DNA from: Heterodontus francisci
Lineage: Eukaryota
Direction of reading: 5' to 3'
DNA: 64,000 nt
NCBI RefSeq assembly: GCF_036365525.1
Contig: NC_090382.1
Location: forward strand, 27,314,219-27,378,218
In this document: one piece after another, positions 55,467 through 64,000 of the stretch
Position numbering within the stretch: the first letter of the stretch is position 1
How the letters are laid out: every line of letters begins with the position of its first letter
Made by a program: the position numbers and the translations under genes
Notes under the pieces: generated by a model
What the model was told of the DNA's origin: nothing
Databases searched by the model: none
The model's input: the letters and a program-made list of their open reading frames with translations, nothing else

Positions 55467-57357
55467 ACAAGAGCACAAGAAATAGGAGCAGAAGTAAACC
55501 GTATAGTCCATCGAGCCTGCTCCACCATCCAATATGATCATGTGATTCTTATTCTCACAATCATGGCTGATCTTGGGCTTCAATTCCAATGCCTGCTCAC
55601 CATATCCCTTGATTCCCTGCGAGAATAAAAATCTACATATCCCAGCCTTAAATGTAATCAATGATGGAGCATCCACAACCCTCTGGGGTAGAGAATTCCA
55701 AAGATTCACAACCCTTTGAGTGAAGTAATTGCTCCTCATCTCAGAGCTGATTGATTGACCCCTAATCATGAGACTGTGTCCCCGTGTTCTAAATTCACTG
55801 ACCAGTGGGAACAATCTCTCAGCTTCTATCCTATCAAGCTGTTTCAGAATCTTGTATTTCTCAATTAGATCGCCTCTCATTCTTCTAAACTCCAAAGAAT
55901 ATAGGCCCAATGTACTCAGTCTCTCATCATAGGACAACCCCCTCATCCCAGCGACCAATTTAGTAAATCTTCACTGCACCGCCTCCAGTGCAAGTATATC
56001 CTTTCTTAAATGTGGAGACCAAAACTGCACACAGTATTCCAGCTGCGGTCTCACGAAAGCCCTACAATTTTAGTAAGACTTCTTTATTCCTGTACTCCAA
56101 TCCCTTTGCAATAAAGGCCAACATGCCATTTGCCTTCCTAATAGCCTGCTGTACCTTCATGTTAACTTTGTGTGTTCCGTGTACAAGTACCCCACAAGTC
56201 TGTCTGAACATCAACACTTACCAGTTTCACACCTTTTAAAAAATATTCTGCTTTTCTATTTTTACGACCAAAATGAACAACTTCACACTTTCCTACATTA
56301 TACTTCATTTGCCATCTTATTGCCCACTCACTTAACCAGTCTATATCTGTTTGCAGCCTCTCAACATTGTGCCTGCAGCTTACCTTTCCACTGAGCTTTG
56401 TATCATCAGCAAACCTAGATACATTAGTCTCTGTCTCTTCATCCAAGTCATTAATATAGAGTGTAAATAGTTGAGGCCCCAACACTGAACCTTGCAGCAC
56501 CCCACTATTTACTGCCTGCCAACTTGAAAATGCCCCATTTATGCTCACTCTTTGCTTCCTGTCTGTTAACCAATCCTTTATCCACGCTAATATATTACCC
56601 CCAAGAGCATGAGCCCTTATCTTGCCTATTAATCTTTTATGTGGCACCTTATCTAATGCCTTTTGAAAATCTAGGTATACGACATCTACTGGTTCCCCTT
56701 TATCTACCCCACTCGTTACATCCTCAAAAACTCTAATAAATTTATCAAACAGGATCTCCCTTTAGTAAAACCATGCTGACTTGTTCTCATCATACTATGC
56801 TTTTCCAAGTGCAATGTTAAGACTTCCTTAATAATAGTTTCCAGCATCTTCCCAACAACTGATGTTAGGCTAACTGGCCTGTAGTTCTCTGTTTTCTCTC
56901 TACCTCCTTTCTTGAAAAGTGGCATAACATTTGCCAACTTCCACTCTGACAGGACCAGTACTGAATCTAAGGAATTCTGGAAAATCATTGCCAGTGCATC
57001 CGTTATCTCTACAGCTATCTCTTTTAGAATCCTAGGATGTAGGCCATCTGGTCCCAGGGACTTGTCAGATTTTAGTCCCTCAAGTTTCTCCAATACTTTT
57101 TCTCGACTGATATCAATCTCCTTAATTTCCTCACTCTTTTTAGCCCCTAGGTTACTGCGTATTTCTGGTATGGAAATTATGTCTTCTACTGTGAAGACAG
57201 ACACAAAATATTTGTTCAATGCCTCTGCCATTTCCTCATTCCCCGTGAAGATCTCTCCTGTCTCTACCTCTAAGAGACCAACATCTACTTTAGCTGCTCT
57301 CTTCCTTTTTATGTACTTATAAAAACTCTTACAATCTGTTTTTATATTGCTGGCTAT
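55467..57357 (-). mobile_element. Canonical CR1 LINE (5' truncated) nested in the tRNA-headed LINE
   Basis: GPDGLHPRILKE, NYRPVSLTS, QHGF, QGSVLGP and FADDTK with a CR1 3' UTR. The host LINE resumes across tgtttgaac / tgttggac. Confidence 0.92.
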
Positions 57358-57647
57358 TGTTGGACCAAGGCTATAACGAGGTCAGGAGCTGAGTGGCTCT
57401 GGTGGATCCCCAACTGAGCGTCAGCGAGCAGGTTATTGCTGAGCCAGTGCCCCTTGTTAGAACTGTCAATGACCCCTTCCATCACTTTGCTGACGATCGA
57501 GAGTAGACTGAAAGGGCAGTAATTGGCTGGATAGGATTTGTCCTGCTTTTTGTGTATAGAACATAACTTGACAATATTCCATTTTGTCAGCTAGATGCCT
57601 CCTGAGGTCCCCAGCATTACAGATGCCAGTCTTCAGCCAATCTGATT

Positions 57648-57878
57648 GTATCTATTTGATATTAAGAAATGGCTGAAGGCACTGGGTACTGTAAAGGCTA
57701 TGAGCCCTGACAACATTCCGACAGCAGTATTGAAGACTTATGCTCCAGAACAGCTTGGAAAGGGGCATGGCTAGTTCTGAAGCATAAGTATTCATAACTA
57801 CAGCCAGAATGTTGTCAGGGCCCATAGCCTTTGCAGGATCCAGTGCCTTCAGCCATTTCTTGATAACAAATGGATTCA
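57648..57878. repeat. Fold-back inverted repeat, ~104-bp arms with a 22-bp spacer
   Basis: 57648-57751 is the imperfect reverse complement of 57774-57878. Confidence 0.9.
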
Positions 57879-60069
57879 AGGACTGTTCGGTGACAGATGC
57901 ATCTGCGACAGGTAGATTGGTGAGGACGAGGTCAAGTAGGTTTTTCTCTCTTGTTGGTTCTCTCACCACCTGCCATAGACCATGTCTCGCAGCTATGTCT
58001 TTTAGGACTCGGCCAGCTCGGTCAGTACTGGTGCTACCGCGCCACTCTTGGTGATGAACATTGAAATCCCCCACCCAGAGTACATTCTGTGCCCATGCTA
58101 CCCTCACTGTTTCTTCCAATTGGCAGTCAACATGGCGAAGCACTGATTCATCAGCTGAGGAGTGGGTGGGGTGGGGGCGGTAGGTGGTATTAAGCAGAAG
58201 GTTTCCATGCCCATATTTGACCATATTGAGACTTCATGGAGTCTGGAGTCAATGTTCAGGACTCCCAGGGCAACTCCCTCCTGACTGTATACACTGTGTC
58301 GCCACCTCTGCTGGGTCTGTTCTGCCGGTGGGACAGGCCATACCCAGGGATGGTGATGGTGGTGTCAGGGACATTGTCTGTAAGGTATGATTCCGTGAGT
58401 ATGACTATATCAGGCTGTTGCTTGTCTAGTTGTGGGACAGCTCTCCCAACTTTGACACAGGCCCTGCGATGTTAGTAAGGAGGACTTTGAAGGGTATGCC
58501 ATTGTCATTTCCAGTGTCTAGGTCATTGCCGGGTGGTCCATCCAGTTTTATTCCTTTTCTTGGGCTTTGTTGTGGTTTGATACAACTGAGTGGCTTGCTA
58601 GGCCAGTTCAGGAGGCATTTAAGAGTCAACCACATTGCTGTGAGTCTGGAGTCACATGTAGGTAAGGACAGCAGATTTCCTTCCCTAAAGGACGTAAGTG
58701 AACCAGATGGATTTTTACAACAATCGATAATGGTTTCATGGTCACCATTAGACTAGCTTTTAATTCCAGATTTATTAATTGAATTCAAATTTCTCTATCT
58801 GCCATGGTAGGTTTGAACCCATGTCCCCAGAGCATTAGCCTGGGGCTCTGGGTTACTAGTTCAGTGACATTACCACTAAGCCACCGCCTCCCCAATCCTT
58901 GAGTTGAAAACTAAGGCTTTGACCACATGCATTTCCACACCCTGTAAACTTCACCAACTTTAAGCGGCAGTACAAACCACCAAATGCTTCAAGTAGCTCA
59001 GCAGCAGCCAGTAGAAAGTAATCAACAAATAACCTGAATGTAGTTGATGATCCCTTTAAATAGGACTGATGTGGAGTTTTTCCTGCTGCTGAACATATGT
59101 TCAGCTCTGTGAGGTTAAGAAAGGATGTTAGCTGCAGGATTGACATCAAAATGGTACCACTAGAGCCAAATTGTTTTAGACTGACTGATCTCACAATCTG
59201 CCTATTCTGCATACTTCCAGTATACAGTCCCAGCACCAAAGCTACAACCTACCCAAAATGATGTCTGGTACAGCCCACAGCAGAAGTATGTGTGCATTGC
59301 ACAAATGCCATTTTCGACAGGAAGCAACACTCATAGTGCCACAAATACAGACACTATGCTACCATATTTTGCAGAAAATCTGTTTTCGTGTTATTGGTTG
59401 AGGGATAAATATTGGCTAGGACAGCATCACAAATTTATGATGAAAGGTCACAGACCTGAAATGTTAACTCTGCGTCTCTCTCCACAGGTGCTGCCAGACC
59501 TAATGAGTATTTCCAGCATTTCTTGTTTTTATTTCAGACTTCCAGCATCTGCAGTATTTTGCTTTCATAACACAAATTTCTTGTTTGTTTTCAAATATTG
59601 CTTTGTCCTCCATAGAATATTCCATCATTGAGTTACCTCCACATCATATATTGCAAAGAGGTTTCTGTTACATTAAAATAAATGATTCATAAAATGTAGA
59701 GAACTTTTGAGCCAGGGAGCCATGATAGAATTATATTGATATATAAAATAATAGCTAGAAGGTTAATATTCACTTTTCCTGATGAGTCCCTAAGTCATAT
59801 AGTTCAATCAATCCCCAGATAGAATCAGAGAATTTTAGAACATAGAAGGAATCATTTGGCCCCTCAAGCCTGTGTTAATTCTGAAAGAGCCATCCGCTTA
59901 GATTTATTTTTCCACCCTTTCCCACTAACCTTTCTGACTTCCCATCTGCGGTGAGTGAATTGGTTTTAATAGCTGCTGAGCCATTTACAGTAGTCCCTTC
60001 GCATCATGTGAGGGGGGAGCTTGCTGGCTCTGATCATTATCCAGCATTCTATATTGCAAAGTACACATG

Positions 60070-60445
60070 TGGATATTGGGTGAGGGTAGTATCGGGTGAG
60101 GACAACATCCAGGTAGGGCAATATCACTTAAGAAACACATCAGGTTGGACAGCAGAGCGTGAAGACACCGTCAAGTGAGGACAGCATTCGGTGAAGATAT
60201 CATTGGTGAGGAAAGCATCAGATGAGGATAGCATCAGGTGAAGACAACAACAGGTGAGGACAACATATGGTTAGGACAACATTGAGTGAGAACAGTATTG
60301 GCTAACTACAGCATCAGGTGAGAGCAATGTTAGAGCGGACAATATTAGGTGAGCGCATAGTAGGGTGAAGACAGAAGTGTGTGAGTATAGTATCAGAACA
60401 CAACAGCGTTGGATGAGGACAGCACTCTCAGATGAAGCATGAGGA
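60070..60445. repeat. Degenerate minisatellite, ~16-bp unit ggtgaggacagcatca
   Basis: About 20 diverged copies of ggtgagga(c/t)a.ca are visible. Confidence 0.8.
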
Positions 60446-61374
60446 AGTCTGACTAAAGAAAGAGTTAATATTTCACAAGAAGTTTCCAGTGACATTTTAC
60501 AGTAAACTCTCTGAGGCCTTTAATTAGTACCATCAAATCTGACTTAGTGTGGGGCTATTTATACATTGTACAGTACTTGACCAGGTAATTGTTACTCCCT
60601 GGGAGATCAACAAATTCAAACGAGAACATTCTCGGAACAGTGACTAAAGGCCTACAATCTAGAGCAGTAGAAGTAGTTTCTTCATCTGTTAACGCTGGTC
60701 AATATACAAAGATGATCTTGTTTCAGTACTATAACCCAAACATTAACCACATTCCTTTTGTTTGTAGGTCTGGAAATATAGCAGTGCTGAATTTATCCCA
60801 TACTGGCGTATCAAAGCCACGGTTATATAATCTTTCCTTCTGCTGATTTTTTTTTCATCAAGGCTGAAGGTTTTCCTGTTGTAACTTAGGATAAGGCCTG
60901 TCATTGTGAATGACAGTCACAAAAAAAGAACAAATGTCAGACAATTACATTTACAAGAACTCTTCTTGGGGGCTTGCCTGTCAGTTTAAAGCAGTTCCAG
61001 CTTTCTCCTGAGTTCTAAAAAAAAAGATTCAGGCCCTAGGTGCATCTTAATAATGGTGCCCTCAATTCAATAAGCCGTCAGAAAATTATCAAACGCTTGA
61101 AAAACCAAAACTGCTGGAAATTCAGACCACATCTGTCAGCAGCTGAATTACATAGAATATACAATACAGAGACAGGCTATTCAGCCCAGCTAGTCTCTCT
61201 GCTGGTGCTAACACTGCATTGCAGTACTGAGGGAGTGCTGCGCTGTTGGAGGTGCCGTCTTTTGGAGGAGATGTTAAACTAAGGCCCCTTCTGCCCTCTC
61301 AGGTGAACGTAAATGATCCTCTGGCACTATTTTGAAAGAGGGTAGGGGAGTTTTCACCAGCGTCTGAACCAACA

Positions 61375-62477
61375 GGCTGGATTTTGTTCTCCCCCAGGCA
61401 TCGGGATCCGTGGCGGGGGCAGGGGGGAGTTGCTGAAGATGGATCCAGATGAGGCCCGCCACGGATCTTGAGGCTGTGAGAGCCCAACCCGATCCTACCA
61501 CTGGTAGTGAGGCTCCTTGATGCTCCCTCCGCTGTTAGGCGATGGGACCTCAATTAAATTATTCAAATCAAAATGAATACATTTAAATAGACTTACCTGC
61601 GATCTTGAGGGCTCTCCGTGATCTTTAGCACGGCAGCCGGCATTCCGGGACTTTCAAATCCCTGTCCGGGGAAACGTGGCGCTCCAGTGGTGGGGAGGGG
61701 GGAAGAGGTAAGATTTCCAGTGCAGGGGCGGGAAACAGGGTCAAATGAACATAGTGGGTGTAGGGGATGGTGGGAAGGGTTGACCTTTAATCATTGTGCA
61801 GTTTGGGGGGGGATGTAAAAGGTAAGTGTTTTGGGGGTGAAGGGCAAATAGTTAGTGTAATTGTTATTGTGGCAGTAGGAAAGGGGCGTCATAAATTTAG
61901 TTTAGTTTAGTTTAGAGATACAGCACTGAAACAGGCCCTTTGGCCCACCGAGTCTGTGCCGACCATCAACCACCCATTTATACTAATCCTACACTAATTC
62001 CATATTCCTACCACATCCCCACCTGTCCCTATATTTCCCTACCACCTACCAATACTAGGGGCAATTTCTAATGGCCAATTTACCTATCAACCTGCAAGTC
62101 TTTGGCATGTGGGAGGAAACCGGAGCACCCGGAGAAAACCCACGCAGACACAGGGAGAACTTGCAAACTCCACACAGGCAGTACCCAGAATTGATATTCA
62201 TTCAATTTTGGGGGGGTTACTTCATTCAAAATTTAAATGTGCTGGTAGAGCTGGCTGCCCTTCAAAAATGGCGCCAGACAGCTGATGCCATTGCTGGTGA
62301 CAGACAGCTCGTCTCCTCCACATGATTGAGGGGGTGGGGTACTAGCCGCCCCGGCCATTTAAATGAGCCTCCGCGCGGGAGATTGCGGCGGCTCTTTAGC
62401 GTGCAGCCTGCGTGATCGGGCACCATTTTGTGAGCTCGTCATTGAGATCAGCGGCGAGCTCTTAAAATCCAGGCCCC
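61375..62477. mobile_element. Non-autonomous Harbinger-type TIR element inserted in a Deu-SINE (61210-62680)
   Basis: Termini ggctggatttt / aaaatccaggcccc with aca/ata flanks. The Deu-SINE resumes at 62478. Confidence 0.7.
61896..62194 (-). mobile_element. V-SINE (HE1-like) with a CR1-type tail, 5' truncated
   Basis: V-domain tgggttttctccgggtgctccggtttcctcccacatgccaaagac and a (CTAAA)n tail. Confidence 0.8.
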
Positions 62478-63324
62478 ATATTTATTCTTTAAACAATGTC
62501 ACTGAAAACACAGATTATTTGAACATTATCACATTGCTGGTTGTGGGAATTTTCTGTGTGCTTTTGGCTGCCACATTGCATACAGCATTAACTACACTTC
62601 AAAAGTATTTTGTTGTCTTGTAAAGCACTCTGTGACATTCTGAGGTTGCAAAAGTCACTATATAAATGCAAGTTCTCTTTTTCTTCTTGATAAGACTAAC
62701 CAAAAATAAGGGGTGTGGGGGGAGGGGGTGGAGTGAGGAAGTGGAAGAGTGAAGAAGCCAGCTCATGGATTTCATAGCAGTAAATGAATGAAGAGAGGGC
62801 CAGTTAGATTAACTTCAACTGAAGAGTCAAATTTGTAAGACCCATTAGAAACAAAGTCAGGAGCTTCCCTGCTGAGTAATTGTATCTGCATGAACCATGC
62901 AGACTATAAAGGTCTCAGGTGTGTTCTTTAATACGTGCTGTTATATAAAATCTCAGCTAGGGTACAGTACTGTATCATAATTGACCTCAGTGTTTCTGAG
63001 TGAGAAAGCAGAAACAGCAACTAGGACCCCTCTTCCTGATCACTACATGTATGTTATTTACAAAAATCTAAGTTCAACTGTGATCCCTCCTATGGCGCAT
63101 AGCCTGCTGGGGCTCACTGTTCAGGCTTACATTTGAATAATGGCAAGTTTGGTGAAGTAATATCTGGCTGCCAGTGGCCTTGGACCCATAGCTCTCAAGA
63201 GAACAGGAAGAAAACATAACGACAATATGACCCCTGTAGGAATGGCACCGGATGTAACTCATTACAAACTAATGAATGGATAAACATGTCCCAATTTATA
63301 TCTTTAGGGCAATAATTGCCTTCA

Positions 63325-63850
63325 AACTCACCCGTCTCTGCCTCTATCTCAGCCCGTCTGCTGCCTTTGGCACTTCTATACTTGACTATACAATGCTTTC
63401 CTCCCAAACCCTCTAAAATCATTAGGTGAATCAAAATGCTGTTACCTCCATTCTATCTTATACCAGATCCCACTCACCCATCAGTCTTTCCCTCACAAAC
63501 TTACATTGGGTCTTGCTCTCCAAGGACTCCAATTGAAAATTCTTATCACACCTTCCATGGCCTTTCCCACCCCTATCATTGTAACCATTTCCAGTCCTAC
63601 AAGCCATCCTCTCTAAATCTTTGTTCCTCTCACTCTGGCCTCTCATGCATCTCCCCTCATTTTGCTGCACTATTGGCAGCCATGCCTTCAGACAACTAGG
63701 CTCTTGCTTTTGTGCATCCTGCCCTTCCCTTGCCCCTTCATTGGTGGCCATGTCTTCAGCTGTCTAGCTCTTCTACTCTGAAATTCCCTTCTTAAACCCT
63801 TCTGCCTCCCACTTCCCCCTCTTCCTTTAAGCCCTTTATAAAACCCACCA
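63325..63850 (+). mobile_element. L2-like 3' fragment, decayed
   Basis: cccgtctctgcc...tcagcccgtctgctg, ccactcacccatca and cattggtggccatgtcttcagctgtctag match the other L2 remnants here. Confidence 0.55.
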
Positions 63851-64000
63851 CATCTTATGTGCATATATCATAGATTTGTAGAATCTCTTAGCACAGAAGG
63901 AGGCCATTCGGCCCATCATGCCTGCAATAGTTCTGTAAAAGAGCAGTCGTGCTTATTCCCAAATTCCTGCCTTTTGTGTGTAACTCTGTAAGTTCCTCAT

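Larger units (their letters stand above)
54268..58893 (-). mobile_element. CR1-group LINE with a tRNA-derived 5' head and a single APE-RT ORF (decayed, internally rearranged)
   Basis: A/B-box head at 58893-58810. APE motifs (LLTNI, TTYRP, WVGDFNVHH, LDLVLTN) and RT motifs (GVPQGSVLGP, MFTDDCT), then MEYSPLAW and a 3' tail at 54268-54400. Confidence 0.88.
52790..59380 (-). mobile_element. PIF/Harbinger element (decayed transposase on minus at ~53200-54240, Myb-ORF tail on plus), split by the LINE insertion
   Basis: ICHL...LP.VVKVTLAMNFF and QFAIHCCIRELTDALY are HARBI1-like. 52910-53000 resembles 19540-19640. Ends are approximate. Confidence 0.7.

Noticed and set aside
60070-60445. Periodic repeats (also 42370-42535 and 13215-13515) as CRISPR-like arrays
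   Set aside because: The units are tandem and degenerate with no unique spacers, there are no cas genes, and the context is a vertebrate genome.
63131-63233. Minus-strand AG...GT-bounded 103-nt segment as an exon of an upstream neighbour such as RGS14
   Set aside because: No frame resembles RGS14 or any protein I recognise, and splice signals alone are not enough.

Overview
This is eukaryotic genomic DNA, most likely from a cartilaginous fish (shark), judging by its mix of CR1, RTE and L2 LINEs, Deu-SINEs, V-SINEs, Harbinger and Gypsy elements. The one host gene I can support is the 5' half of slc34a1 (NaPi-IIa sodium/phosphate cotransporter) on the minus strand. It has a TATA/HNF1-like promoter near 17.3 kb, a non-coding exon 1 and four coding exons (12886-13003, 10492-10689, 9532-9660, 8071-8214); the rest of the gene lies off the left edge. 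Much of the remainder is nested, decayed transposons. Four observations stand out. (1) A CR1-group LINE (54268-58893) starts with a tRNA-derived A/B-box head, has no ORF1 and has no sense-strand TTTT over about 2.7 kb, which suggests a Pol III-transcribed protein-coding LINE; two of its internal-deletion SINE derivatives sit in the same window. (2) A spliced RBMX RRM retrocopy is fused in frame to the protease end of a Gypsy gag-protease region. (3) Strong plus-strand splice signals flank the slc34a1 exons, suggesting a natural antisense transcript. (4) A three-tier nested Gypsy has readable target-site duplications (TSDs). All calls were made by eye without database searches, and TE boundaries are approximate unless a TSD is given.
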